IMG/VR virus record: IMGVR_UViG_2671180089_000001
Span: 1 to 64,000 of that record
Length of the DNA stretch: 64,000 nucleotides
Strand: one strand, 5' to 3'
Source of the DNA: a virus
Taxonomy: Duplodnaviria > Caudoviricetes
The notes under the pieces were generated by a model. That model ran no database searches. It was not told where the DNA came from and saw only the letters and a list, made by a program, of their open reading frames with translations. Below are positions 1 through 9,360 of this stretch, piece after piece (positions within the stretch are counted from its first letter, which is position 1; the number at the start of each line of letters is the position of its first letter). The translations under genes were made by a program, and so were the position numbers.

Positions 1-1131
1 GGCACGGGTCACGGGAGCTACTTGCCTCACATGCCTGACGCCCATTTCGCACCCGAGATAACACCCGGGCCGGCGCCGAAGTTCTGTGAGCGTGAGGACC
101 ACAACGGGGGCGCGAAGTGGCGGTATGAGCGGAGCGCCGCGGCGAAACAGGCGAGGCAGGCCGGCGCCGCAGAGGAGCCGGAGACCGACAAGCCGGTCAC
201 GGACTCTGCGGCCGACGCGGTCAACGTCCGTGAGGACATCGTCCGTCTGCTCAAGCAGCTCCCCGAGTCTCTCGAGCGCTACGTCAGTCTGCTGGAGACG
301 GTCAGCGACCCGGAGGCGGCCGAGGCCCAGGTGATGGCCGTGGAGAGCCAGGCCAACACCCGGGTCGCAACGGCGCAGGCCCGCGCGGACACCGAGCGCA
401 CCGCCAGAATCGCCGCGGTGAATGCGAAGGTGGCGGCCGAGGAGGAGAAGGATGCCGCCAACCAGGCCGCGGAGCAGATGCAGAAGGAGCTCGAGGCGGC
501 CCGCGCCCAGTTCGAGGAGGACACCGAGCGGATCACTGCGGAGGCCCAGCACGACATCCAGGAGGCGCGCAACCTCCAGGAGGAGAAGCGGCAGGAAGCC
601 GAGCGCCTGGTCCAGGAGGCGCGGGAGACGGCCGAGACGCAGGTCAACGCCGCTCGCCAGGCCGCAGCCGACGAGATTTCCGCGATCCGGGAGCGCGCCG
701 CCAAGGAGGTCCTCAACGCGGAGAACGCCGCGGGGGAGGCCCGGGTCAAGGCGGAGCGCCAGGTCGCGGAGATGACCACAACGCTCGCGGAGGCGCAGGC
801 CACCGCAGCGGCCAAGATCGAGGAGGCCAACGAGAAGGCCTCGGCCGCGGAGGCACGCGCCGCCACGGCCGAGGAGAACGGCCGGCAGGCGCTGCGGGAC
901 GCCGAGGGCATGGTGCAGGCGGCAAAGGGTGCGGCCGAGACGGTCCAGGCCGGGTTGCAGGCCGAGCTCGGTCGGACGAACGACAAGCTCGAGAAGCGGG
1001 AGAGCCAGATCGAGGGGTTGCGCGGCGAGCTGAACGCCTTGAAAGACAAGCTGCGCGCCGCGGAGGACCGTGCGCGGACGGCCGAGAACGGACTGCACGC
1101 CCAGGAGGCGCAGGACGGAGCTCCGGAGTAG
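1..1131 (+). CDS. Long coiled-coil protein (KfrA-like plasmid protein), probably 5'-truncated by the window edge
   Basis: Frame is open from base 1; Ala/Glu/Arg-rich heptad pattern over ~280 aa; high GC3. Confidence 0.6.
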   Translation, partial: GTGHGSYLPHMPDAHFAPEITPGPAPKFCEREDHNGGAKWRYERSAAAKQARQAGAAEEPETDKPVTDSAADAVNVREDIVRLLKQLPESLERYVSLLETVSDPEAAEAQVMAVESQANTRVATAQARADTERTARIAAVNAKVAAEEEKDAANQAAEQMQKELEAARAQFEEDTERITAEAQHDIQEARNLQEEKRQEAERLVQEARETAETQVNAARQAAADEISAIRERAAKEVLNAENAAGEARVKAERQVAEMTTTLAEAQATAAAKIEEANEKASAAEARAATAEENGRQALRDAEGMVQAAKGAAETVQAGLQAELGRTNDKLEKRESQIEGLRGELNALKDKLRAAEDRARTAENGLHAQEAQDGAPE

Positions 1132-1178
1132 TTCGGCTGGAACACCGGCTTCCACCCGGCGCCGCGGCGTACGGTGGT

Positions 1179-1228
1179 CACAGAAGGGCCCGGTACCGCA
1201 ACCCCCGTCGGTACCGGGCCCTTCTGTG
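1179..1228. terminator. Bidirectional terminator hairpin
   Basis: Perfect 20-bp inverted repeat CACAGAAGGGCCCGGTACCG / CGGTACCGGGCCCTTCTGTG between convergent genes. Confidence 0.8.
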
Positions 1229-1235
1229 CGCCCGG

Positions 1236-1454
1236 TCAGTCCGTGGCGTAGTCGTGCCGGTCCTCGTCGCCGCGACCGGCGATGGTGGCGGCGGCCCGTT
1301 CGAGGGCGGCCGCGAACGGGTCGCCCGCAGTGGTGATCCCGTCGCGCAGGTACTCCTCGGCGGTCTTGCCCGCGGCGGCCGCGGCGAGCTTCACCTGCTT
1401 CCGCTCGGCGGCCGTGAGCGGCGCTGTGAGGGCACGGGCCTGGTCGACGTCCAT
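1236..1454 (-). CDS. Small ribbon-helix-helix/antitoxin-like protein
   Basis: MDVDQARALTAPLTAAERKQVKLAAAAAGKTAEEYLRD resembles the RHH pattern; -10-like TACGGT 6 nt before ATG (leaderless). Confidence 0.5.
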   Translation of the reverse strand: MDVDQARALTAPLTAAERKQVKLAAAAAGKTAEEYLRDGITTAGDPFAAALERAAATIAGRGDEDRHDYATD

Positions 1455-1495
1455 GCGGGGACCGTACCAGCGCCCTGGGGGCCGCCAGGGGCCGT

Positions 1496-2515
1496 CTAGG
1501 TGGTGCTCTCCTCGGCCTGGTGCTGCGCGAGGAGAGTGCGGCGCATCGTTTCCCACCTGGTGGGGACCAGGTCGGTCTCCTCGACGCCCTGCTGGTCCTG
1601 CTCCTTTTGCACGGCGTCGGCGACCTTCTTGTACCACTTGCTGATGCCGCGCCGGAGGATCGGAATGCCGGCGTCGGGGTTCGGCGGGGCGGACAGCCAC
1701 AGTTGCCGCGGCACGCCGCCCTGTAGCCGACTGGTCAGCCTGGAGCGGCGGATGATCCAGTCATTCAACCGGGCGCGGGTGTCCTCGCTGAGCTCCCAGG
1801 TCTCCGGCTCGGGCATCTTCCCGCGGAGGCCTCCTTGGGGCTGGCGGATCAGGGTGAGGGTGCGCGGGGTATCGCTGATGAACGTGAGGTCTTCGAGGAG
1901 CATGGACTCCAGCTCGGCGAGGCGGGGCCAGACGTCGCGCATGACGCCCCACATGGCCAGGCCGCGGACGATGACGTCGGGCCGGTCGACGTCCGTCCAC
2001 TGGGCGGCTTCGGTCTCGAGGTGGCCGGTGATCAGGTTGGCCATGCGGGGGGAGACGGTCGGGCGCAGGCGCCACGGGGGGAGGTCGGGGGCCTCGAAGG
2101 GGAGCCGAGCCTGCTCGGCGATCCGCTCGAGGCAGAAGATCCGGATCCGCTCGGAGGTGTCGTAGCTGGTCGGGTCGGTGGCCACTATCGGCGCGCTGCG
2201 CAGGTGGCCGCCCCGCCCGTACAGCAGGTACGCGTGCACGGCCTCGGGGGCGAGGAGGTTGGCGAGGGAATCGCCGGCGCTCTCGGTCAGGCCGAGGGGG
2301 AGCGCCAGGGCGAGCTCGCCCGCGACCCACTCAAGCTGCTGCATGCGGGAGTCCGAGACGACGTCCTTGTTGCCGCGGTTGACGGTGCGGAACGTGTCGA
2401 GGATCCGTTCGAGCTGGCGGAGGGCCGGGGCGGGGCTGGGCACGGCTTGGAGGGCGACCGCGTGCGTCACGGGGTCGCCGCTGGCGCTGAGGGGGCGGGC
2501 GGTCGTCAAGGTCAT
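1496..2515 (-). CDS. Tyrosine-recombinase-fold protein, apparently lacking the C-terminal catalytic region
   Basis: WPRLAELESMLLEDL (RxxEL box I) and WETMRRT (HxxR-like); the protein ends ~12 aa later with no catalytic Tyr. Confidence 0.5.
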   Translation of the reverse strand: MTLTTARPLSASGDPVTHAVALQAVPSPAPALRQLERILDTFRTVNRGNKDVVSDSRMQQLEWVAGELALALPLGLTESAGDSLANLLAPEAVHAYLLYGRGGHLRSAPIVATDPTSYDTSERIRIFCLERIAEQARLPFEAPDLPPWRLRPTVSPRMANLITGHLETEAAQWTDVDRPDVIVRGLAMWGVMRDVWPRLAELESMLLEDLTFISDTPRTLTLIRQPQGGLRGKMPEPETWELSEDTRARLNDWIIRRSRLTSRLQGGVPRQLWLSAPPNPDAGIPILRRGISKWYKKVADAVQKEQDQQGVEETDLVPTRWETMRRTLLAQHQAEESTT

Positions 2516-2564
2516 GGCACAGAGTTTGCACGCTCCGGGCGCCCGTGGATGCACCTTCCTCGTA

Positions 2565-4358
2565 CTAATTGAGCAGGCCGCGGCGGCGCGGCGGGTTGAT
2601 CGGCTCCGGCTCGTACACGGTGAGCAGGGCCGCGTCGGCGCGGTCGGGGGACTTCATGCCGCGCTGCTTCATCGCCTTCTTCGACTCGACGACGCTGTAT
2701 CCGGCCGCGTTGGAGCCGAGGCGCGGGGTGGAGAGCTGGATGCCGGTCTGCCGGTCGACGCGGAGGCGGAGTCGGCCCAGGCCGGTCGAGGGGTCCGGCT
2801 GCAGCAGGCCACGGGTAGCGAGCCACATCTCGTCGCGTTTGCGGTACGGCCGCATCTGGGCGCCCGGGTCGTCCTGTTCGGGGGACTCGGACACCATGAC
2901 GCCGACGATCTGCGCCTGGTGGCGGCCGGTCTTCTCCCAGCGCTTGAGCATGCTGGTCACGCCGTGGCCGATGCCGTTCTGGTCGACCTTGACGCGAACG
3001 GCGTGCGGGGAGCCGATGGCGTTGGCGACGAGCTGCGCGGCCTTGATCTCCTCGAGGACCTTCTCGGCGAGGAGGACCTGGTCGTCGTTGATGGTGCCGG
3101 AGGAGCAGTAGCGGGTCTCGATGACGTCGCCGACGATGCGCGAAATGACGAACTCATCGCCACCGTCCGCGGCGACGTCGACGCCAAGGCGGACCCAGGC
3201 GCCGTCCTTCACCGTATGGGTGGCGGTCTCCGTCTCGATGCCGAGGTCGCACAGCCGGCGCCATCCGGGCCCGGTCGGGTCGTCGCTGGTCTGCGCGGCC
3301 TCGACCCAGGTCACGGGGATGGTGAGACCGCCTCCGCCCTTGGGGAACTTGGCGTGCACCTTCGCGATGACGTACGGGTGATCGGGCCCGTACTCGCGGA
3401 TCGTCCGGTCCACCCATTCCTGGTCGGGGAGGTGGATGGCCAGGGAGTGCGGCGGGACGCCGTCCGGGCAGTCGTTGCAGTAGGGGACGCGCTCCCCGGT
3501 GATCGCCGGGGACACGAACGTGGCGATCGGGATGGTGACGGTGCCGCGCTCCTCCGGATCCTCGCCCTCCTCGCACAAGCCCTCGAACCAGGACCTGGGG
3601 TCGTCCATCGCTGGGTTGCCGATGGCCAGCATCCGGGCGTCACCGGTGAGCAGGTTGTTCGTGCCGTTGCCGATGGTTCGGGCGATACCGCCGGCCTCGT
3701 CAACGATGATGAGCAGCTTGGGCGTGCCGTGGATGCCCTGCATGGCCGCTTCGTCGTTCTCGGGCGCGGTGAAGCCGTACGCCACAATGACGTCATTGCC
3801 CCACTGATCAGGCATTTTCCACTGGGTGGTGTCGCAGTAGCCGGGCAGGCCTGCCCGGGCGACGGTCTTCCGGATGTGCGGCCACAGCTGGTTCCGGACC
3901 TGCCGGAACCTGGTCGCCGTGGTGACGATGACCATGGTTCCGGGTGCGTTGACGGCCCCGGCCCAGGCAACGGCTCTACCCGCAATCCAAGTTTTACCGA
4001 CGCCAAATCCGGCGGGGACAGCGATGCGCTTGTTGAACGGGATGGCGTCGACGATCTCGCGCTGGCGGGACCAGATGCTTTCGCCGAGGACGTCCTCGAT
4101 GAAGCCGGAGGGCGTGTCGTGCCAGAGCCCGTACATGGAGCCGGTGGCCCGTTCGACTTCCCGCATGACGTACGGCCGCTCGCGGGCGCTGATGTCGTGC
4201 TTGAAGGCGTGCCGTCGTGCCGAGACGGGGGCGCGCAGCAGGATGTCGGCAACGTTGGAAGCGTCGCGGGAGATGACACCGGGCTTCCGTGCGCGCCGCA
4301 GCTCCTCGCGTTCGGGGGCGACGCGCAAGTTCGTGGGCGGGGGCTGCATGCGGGACAT
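2565..4358 (-). CDS. terL: Phage terminase large subunit
   Basis: Walker A AGFGVGKT, Walker B LIIVDEA, IGNP coupling motif; nuclease motifs LGVDVA, VDQNGIG, SPDRADA. Confidence 0.92.
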   Translation of the reverse strand: MSRMQPPPTNLRVAPEREELRRARKPGVISRDASNVADILLRAPVSARRHAFKHDISARERPYVMREVERATGSMYGLWHDTPSGFIEDVLGESIWSRQREIVDAIPFNKRIAVPAGFGVGKTWIAGRAVAWAGAVNAPGTMVIVTTATRFRQVRNQLWPHIRKTVARAGLPGYCDTTQWKMPDQWGNDVIVAYGFTAPENDEAAMQGIHGTPKLLIIVDEAGGIARTIGNGTNNLLTGDARMLAIGNPAMDDPRSWFEGLCEEGEDPEERGTVTIPIATFVSPAITGERVPYCNDCPDGVPPHSLAIHLPDQEWVDRTIREYGPDHPYVIAKVHAKFPKGGGGLTIPVTWVEAAQTSDDPTGPGWRRLCDLGIETETATHTVKDGAWVRLGVDVAADGGDEFVISRIVGDVIETRYCSSGTINDDQVLLAEKVLEEIKAAQLVANAIGSPHAVRVKVDQNGIGHGVTSMLKRWEKTGRHQAQIVGVMVSESPEQDDPGAQMRPYRKRDEMWLATRGLLQPDPSTGLGRLRLRVDRQTGIQLSTPRLGSNAAGYSVVESKKAMKQRGMKSPDRADAALLTVYEPEPINPPRRRGLLN

Positions 4359-4365
4359 GGGCGGG

Positions 4366-4395
4366 AAGGTGCCGCCCGGGGGGATCTAGTGTCGC
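4366..4395 (-). promoter_or_regulatory. Putative late promoter (leaderless terL)
   Basis: GCGACACTA-N15-CACCTT, 7 nt before ATG; the same geometry recurs before other virion/lysis genes. Confidence 0.65.
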
Positions 4396-4653
4396 GGCCT
4401 GGCCGGAGCCCATGCCCAGGCTGCCGGCCAAGCCGCGTGGTCCGGCACGGACCAAATGAACCGAACTGATCACCTCCACCCTTCCAGGTAGCGACCCGTG
4501 CCGGAAGTCTGTGCCGAGGGCGGCCCCGCTCCGGGGAGGTGGAGCAGGGGCGCCCCCGGTCTTCAAAGGGTGTGGCCGGAGTGCCTTCCCCAGGAGAATC
4601 TCGGGGTCGGAGGGCCAGCCGCACCCTGTAATACGTCGCGGGGACGAATCCTG

Positions 4654-5262
4654 TTACAGGTCGCCGATGAAGACCCGCGGGGCGGCCGCCTGCGTGCGCA
4701 TGACCCAGCGCTCCAGGTCGGACCAGGACAGGGTGAAGCTTTCCGCGGGCAAGGGCCGGATGCCGGTCAGCGGATTCTCGGCCGCCCACTGGGCGAGGTT
4801 CGCCGCGATGCGCTTCTGCAGGGCGGCACGCTCCTCGGCGGTGAGGGGGACGGGCTTGAAGGCGTACACGGTGGCGCCCTGGCCGCTGCTGTCGCCGTCC
4901 CAGCCGAGGGTGAGCTTCAGCCGCTTTACCTGCCGGGTGAGCTCGCTCAGGGCGCGGAGGGTGGAGCAGCCGGGGCAGTCGCAGGGCGCGGCCTCGTCGG
5001 CGGCCGTCGGCTGCTCGCCGGTCGGCTGCTCGGCGGCCGGGGCGTTGAAGCTCGCAACGAGGTCCTGCTCCTCCTCGGACCGGAGTATGGCCCGCCGGAA
5101 CCGTTCGACCTCGAGGTCTTCGGCCTTCTGCTGCTCGGCGGTGAGCTGGTACCAGTGCGGGAGCGCCCGGCCCTCCCCCTCGGCGATGAGGCGTTTCACC
5201 TCGTAGTGGTTGCGGGTGAGGTTCGGCGGGAGCAGGGTGCGCCGGGGCTTCACTGTCGTCAT
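4654..5262 (-). CDS. Hypothetical protein
   Basis: Clean ORF with Streptomyces codon bias; CDCPGC motif. Confidence 0.65.
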   Translation of the reverse strand: MTTVKPRRTLLPPNLTRNHYEVKRLIAEGEGRALPHWYQLTAEQQKAEDLEVERFRRAILRSEEEQDLVASFNAPAAEQPTGEQPTAADEAAPCDCPGCSTLRALSELTRQVKRLKLTLGWDGDSSGQGATVYAFKPVPLTAEERAALQKRIAANLAQWAAENPLTGIRPLPAESFTLSWSDLERWVMRTQAAAPRVFIGDL

Positions 5263-5470
5263 GCAGGGGGTAACGCCAGGCGGTCGAATTCTGTGACACC
5301 CCCCTGCCCCATCCCCTGCTGCTGCGCTTGTCGGCGCTCGATCGCTAAGAGGCCCCGATACGCGCCGATGCCTGAGCGAAGCGAAGGCATCGGAACTACT
5401 TGATGGTGGTACTTGATCTTCTTACTAAAGGGGCCCAGTCCTCGGGCGCCCGGTTCTACGGCGCCCCATA

Positions 5471-5526
5471 AACCGGCGACCGGAAAACGGTCTCCGGTGA
5501 CCGGGGACCGAAAACCGGTCCCCGGT
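5471..5526. repeat. Eight tandem imperfect 7-bp repeats (nnCCGGn) next to an AT-rich patch; origin/iteron-like
   Basis: AACCGGC GACCGGA AAACGGT CTCCGGT GACCGGG GACCGAA AACCGGT CCCCGGT; AT-rich 5395-5430. Confidence 0.6.
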
Positions 5527-5551
5527 GTGACCAGGTCAGATGCAACAAGAA

Positions 5552-5580
5552 GGCCGGCCCCGATGATGCTGGGGCCGGCC
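5552..5580 (-). terminator. Terminator hairpin
   Basis: GGCCGGCCCC / GGGGCCGGCC inverted repeat followed by TTCTT on the minus strand, just after the stop at 5599. Confidence 0.65.
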
Positions 5581-5598
5581 GTGGTGGAACCGGTGGCG

Positions 5599-6219
5599 CT
5601 ACAGGCCTCGTCGACGGCGGGCCGCGGCGCGCTGCTTGTAGATCAGGTTCCGCTCGACGTCGGCGTGCTCGGCGATCTTCTCGGGCTTCCAGCCGTAGGG
5701 CTGCTCCGACAGGGCGAACACTGCCTCCTGCATGAAGCGCACCGCGAGGTCACGGCGGGCCCGTGCCGCGAAGACGATCGGGGCGGCCTCGAGGAGCTTC
5801 TCCTCGGCGCCCTCGACTCGCTCAATGCCTGCGGCCTCGGCGGCCTGGATGAGCTCCTCGCCGTTGCCGGTCGGCAGCTCGTGGACGTGCTTCTTGTTGC
5901 CGAACATCACCGTGGCGAGCGCCTGCCGGTAGCCCATGTTCCCCAGGCCGACGGTCGCGGCCAGGCCGAGACGCTGCTCGTAGAACCACAGGTGGGCGAG
6001 CGCCTGGTCCCGCTCGTCGAGGTGCAGTGCGATCTCGGCGTCGGCCTGGGCGACGATGCCGGCGGCCTTCACGATCAGGTCCTCGGGGCGAACGTGGACT
6101 GCGTCCTCTGGACGCTCAAGGCCCAGCTTCTTGAGGACCTCGTCCTTGGAGTCCTTTTTGATCTGGGCGTAGTTCGGGGCCGGGATGCGCGGGCCGTACG
6201 TCTTACCAGCCTTGGGCAT
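5599..6219 (-). CDS. Putative HTH DNA-binding regulator
   Basis: C-terminal GWKPEKIAEHADVERNLIYKQR HTH; RBS GGAGAA; preceded by the early promoter box. Confidence 0.65.
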   Translation of the reverse strand: MPKAGKTYGPRIPAPNYAQIKKDSKDEVLKKLGLERPEDAVHVRPEDLIVKAAGIVAQADAEIALHLDERDQALAHLWFYEQRLGLAATVGLGNMGYRQALATVMFGNKKHVHELPTGNGEELIQAAEAAGIERVEGAEEKLLEAAPIVFAARARRDLAVRFMQEAVFALSEQPYGWKPEKIAEHADVERNLIYKQRAAARRRRGL

Positions 6220-6302
6220 GGTGGCTGTTCTCCGTCCAACTGTGGCGCGAGTTGTGCGCCGGCGCGGCGACTGGGGCAACCCCATGCCGCCGCAACGACG
6301 GG

Positions 6303-6321
6303 AATAGTACACCAAGGGAAA
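6303..6321 (-). promoter_or_regulatory. Early promoter/operator box
   Basis: TTTCCCTTGGTGTACTATT with -10 TACTAT; 9 related copies in the window. Confidence 0.8.
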
Positions 6322-6329
6322 TGTGGTTG

Positions 6330-6584
6330 TCAGGGAAGCGGACGCGACACGGGCACTGACCTGCATCGGAGGAAAGCGAACGCCCGGCCGGCCAGGACAA
6401 GTACGTAGCCGGCACCGTCGTTCACGACCGTCTGCCCCGAAGCTGGGTTCGGGGTGTCAGTCGTCGCGATCCGTCCGAAGCCGAGGTTCGGGCCCTGAGA
6501 GATCGGAGCGGTCCACAGCCGAAACGGCCCCAGGCGCAGGTAGCGCGGCGCCCGGATACGGCGCTGCAGCGTGACACGGGCCAT
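6330..6584 (-). CDS. Hypothetical protein
   Basis: ATG overlaps the upstream stop (TGATG coupling). Confidence 0.5.
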   Translation of the reverse strand: MARVTLQRRIRAPRYLRLGPFRLWTAPISQGPNLGFGRIATTDTPNPASGQTVVNDGAGYVLVLAGRAFAFLRCRSVPVSRPLP

Positions 6585-7165
6585 CAGCGGCGCTCCTTCC
6601 GCAGGGCCTTGAAGGCGGCTTGCGAGCGCTTGTACGCAGGCCACTCACTGCGCGGCACGAGAGAGAACGCCCCGACGACAACGGGGCCGAGGATGACCTC
6701 GAGGCCTGCGATCTTCGCGTTCCGGCCCTCGCCGTGCGTCGCCCAGGCCACACCGAAAAGCAGGGGCGGCGCCGCGGGCGTCACCGGCCACACCCCGGCG
6801 GTGAACCGGCCCAGGTCGACGAACCGCGGCCGGCGAACCCTGATCAGCAACTCCAGGGCGACGAACACGACGGCCGAAACCGGGGACGAGTACAGCCACA
6901 GGAGGAAGGCGATCGGCCCGTCCAGGGCCACCCACCAGGCGACGGCCCGGGCGGTCTTCCCTCGCGGAGCGCGCTTCGGGCGGTGGAACCACACGGTGCC
7001 GGGGAGCACCTCGATGACGTCGGGGTCCTCGTCGGTCCAGGACCAATGCCGGTCGTACGTGGGAGTCGGGGAAGCGCCGTGCGGGCCCTCGTGCTTGGCC
7101 AGGCGCTGGCACTGGACGTCGACGGCGAAGCAGGACCAGGTGGTGCACTGACGTTGGCGTCTCAT
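6584..7165 (-). CDS. Putative membrane protein with an N-terminal Cys/His motif
   Basis: C..C....C.....H.G.H at the N-terminus; hydrophobic segments; coupled start/stop. Confidence 0.55.
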   Translation of the reverse strand: MRRQRQCTTWSCFAVDVQCQRLAKHEGPHGASPTPTYDRHWSWTDEDPDVIEVLPGTVWFHRPKRAPRGKTARAVAWWVALDGPIAFLLWLYSSPVSAVVFVALELLIRVRRPRFVDLGRFTAGVWPVTPAAPPLLFGVAWATHGEGRNAKIAGLEVILGPVVVGAFSLVPRSEWPAYKRSQAAFKALRKERR

Positions 7166-7281
7166 CGCCGCCCCCAGGTGCACAGAAAGTCGGCGATGCC
7201 GTCGAAGATGCCTTCGACCACAGCGGCGACCCAGTCCAGAGGCGAGCGGCGGGCGCGGTCGGCGCGCTTGCGGGGCCTCAT
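7162..7281 (-). CDS. Small hypothetical peptide (39 aa)
   Basis: ATGA overlaps on both sides within the operon. Confidence 0.45.
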   Translation of the reverse strand: MRPRKRADRARRSPLDWVAAVVEGIFDGIADFLCTWGRR

Positions 7282-7700
7282 CGGGCGGCCTCGCCGTGGT
7301 GCTCGCGGTGGGCGATCACCTGGGCGCGCGTGGCGAGCTTGGCGAACATCAGCGTGCGGGAGGCGACCGTAACGGTGAAGCCGACGCGGCTGCCGTTGCC
7401 GCCGAACGCCCAGCCGGTCGACACCGGCACGGGCCGGATGGTTCGCCAGCCGCCGATCGTGTACCGGCCGAAGCGGTGGCCGAAGTCGCGGTACCAGCCG
7501 CGTGTGGTGTGGCAGCAGCCGGAGAACGCGCCGAGGGCGACGGTGAACCCGAGGAGCGAGGCGGCGAAGCCGATGATCCTGGCGGGGCCGTCGACCTGGC
7601 AGCGGATGGCCTTCGCGCGCAGGAGGTACTTGCTGCGCCACCCGGCGAAGTACAACCGGGAGGTCAGAGGGAACGCGCGGGTGTGGTCGGGGGCGATCAT
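7278..7700 (-). CDS. Hypothetical protein
   Basis: ATGA overlap with the HNH gene stop. Confidence 0.55.
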   Translation of the reverse strand: MIAPDHTRAFPLTSRLYFAGWRSKYLLRAKAIRCQVDGPARIIGFAASLLGFTVALGAFSGCCHTTRGWYRDFGHRFGRYTIGGWRTIRPVPVSTGWAFGGNGSRVGFTVTVASRTLMFAKLATRAQVIAHREHHGEAAR

Positions 7701-8044
7701 CGGGACACCGCCATCGCGCGGACACCGTCCGGCGTCAGCCGGTACTCGCTGCCGTCCGGGTAGCGCACCAGGACCTCGTTGGGGAGCTGCGGCCGGCGGA
7801 CCTTCCACCCGGCCTCGTACGACTCCCTGGGGTTGTCCTCGAACCAGCCGTTGCAGACGGTGCACACGAGGAGCAAGTTGTGGGCCTGGTTGATCCACTC
7901 CTCCCGGGCGCCGCCCATGCCGCGGTTCACGCGGTGGTGGATCGTGAGGTGGTCCCGCGTTCCGCAGCGCACGCAGGCGCCGCCGTCGCGGTCGTGGACG
8001 ATCGCCTTCACCAGGTCGGTGGGGCCGGTCCGTCGTCGTGCCAC
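7697..8044 (-). CDS. HNH endonuclease
   Basis: RDGGACVRCG...HHRVNRGMGG...NLLLVCTVCN; RBS GAGGAG before GTG. Confidence 0.85.
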   Translation of the reverse strand: MARRRTGPTDLVKAIVHDRDGGACVRCGTRDHLTIHHRVNRGMGGAREEWINQAHNLLLVCTVCNGWFEDNPRESYEAGWKVRRPQLPNEVLVRYPDGSEYRLTPDGVRAMAVSR

Positions 8045-8141
8045 AGCACTGGTCTCCTCGCCTGCCCCGGCGCCGGACCGATCGTTCACGGTCCTGGTGG
8101 GCGCCCGGGGCGAGGCGGGGAGAGTGGACGGCGGCCGCGGC

Positions 8142-8726
8142 TTACGTCGCGGCGTGCCCGAGGTGGTGGAGGACCTGACCGGCCGGAGCCTCCAGGTACT
8201 CGGCGAGGTACTCGGCCCGCTCCCGGCTGATGACAGCGGTGGCCTGGGTGTCCGGGACGGCGTCGGCGGGGAGCTCGGGCAGACCGGTGACGAAGAACCC
8301 GATGTGCCGCTGCTGCAGGCCCCGCACGCGGCTGAGGAGCAGCTCGGCCGCGGCGCCGTCCCACGGGCCGATGGTGTGCAGCGGCGACATGGCGCGGTAC
8401 GAGAAGTGCATGCGGCTGGAGAGGCTGTCGGATGCGGTCCGCGCGACGATGGCCCGCGTGTCCCGGATCCGGCCCGGAGACAGGGAACCGGCCGGGTCGT
8501 CGACGGCGTGCTCGACGAAGTCGGCCACGAAGTCCCGCAGGGGCTCCAGGTCGCGGATGGTGCCGCCGTACAGCGGCGCGGCAACACCCTGGGGGCGCGG
8601 CCGCTCGTCGATGACGCGGGTCAGGCCACGCATCCAGACGCGGATCCCGCTATCGAGGGAATGCGCGAAGACGAGCTCACCGCCCTCTTCGACGGGCGCG
8701 GCTAGGACGTGCGTAGGGGTGGGCAT
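8142..8726 (-). CDS. Hypothetical protein
   Basis: RBS GAGGAG; codon bias. Confidence 0.65.
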   Translation of the reverse strand: MPTPTHVLAAPVEEGGELVFAHSLDSGIRVWMRGLTRVIDERPRPQGVAAPLYGGTIRDLEPLRDFVADFVEHAVDDPAGSLSPGRIRDTRAIVARTASDSLSSRMHFSYRAMSPLHTIGPWDGAAAELLLSRVRGLQQRHIGFFVTGLPELPADAVPDTQATAVISRERAEYLAEYLEAPAGQVLHHLGHAAT

Positions 8727-8981
8727 CGAGGGGTTCTCCTCATCGGCGGCGGGATGGGCGCGGCCGAGGTCCCGGGCGCGCGCGATCAGCCCGGTCGGAG
8801 GGGGCTGCATCCCCGCCACTGCGGGGCCCAAGAGGGGAGTCCGACGAGGTCTCCGAAGCAGAGCCTACCGAGGGCCGCGGACGGGATGCAGGTGCTTCGC
8901 CTCGAAAACGCTGCCCGACTACGCCTCCCACAATGTGCGCGCCACGTTCTCCGTTCCCTGCGCCGCGCGCCCCGCCGACAG

Positions 8982-9275
8982 TTACGAGCCGGACGGCGGC
9001 ATGGGATCGCCTCCGATGAACTCCGGCGGGTCGGTGCGGGCGAGATCCCAGCCGCGCTCGTGCGCGTACTCGGCAATCTCGGCCAACGCCTGCTCAATCT
9101 CGGTGCGGGGGGTATCGGCGTAGAACAGGTACGTCCCTGGGGCGTCCTTGGCTTTGCTCAGGTACGCGTACAGGTTGGCGGTCGCCGTCTCTTCGGTCTT
9201 GCCACCGATCAACTGCTCCACGCCGTGGTGAATGGCGACGATGCCGGCCGAGTCCTTGAACACGTCAAATGTCAC
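8982..9275 (-). CDS. Hypothetical protein
   Basis: Globular-looking ORF; TACGGT 7 nt before GTG (start could also be 9284). Confidence 0.6.
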   Translation of the reverse strand: MTFDVFKDSAGIVAIHHGVEQLIGGKTEETATANLYAYLSKAKDAPGTYLFYADTPRTEIEQALAEIAEYAHERGWDLARTDPPEFIGGDPMPPSGS

Positions 9276-9296
9276 GGTTGACACCGTAGCGGCGGT

Positions 9297-9344
9297 GAGG
9301 TGACGTGACGCGGAACGGGCCCGGAAGCCGCGTCACGTCACCTC
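9297..9344. repeat. 17-bp perfect inverted repeat built from GTGA(C/G) units
   Basis: GAGGTGACGTGACGCGG / CCGCGTCACGTCACCTC. Confidence 0.7.
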
Positions 9345-9360
9345 TCTTCCTGCCCGGGGG

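Noticed and set aside
2178-4469. 763-aa plus-strand ORF
   Set aside because: Antisense shadow of terL caused by high GC3; no motifs.
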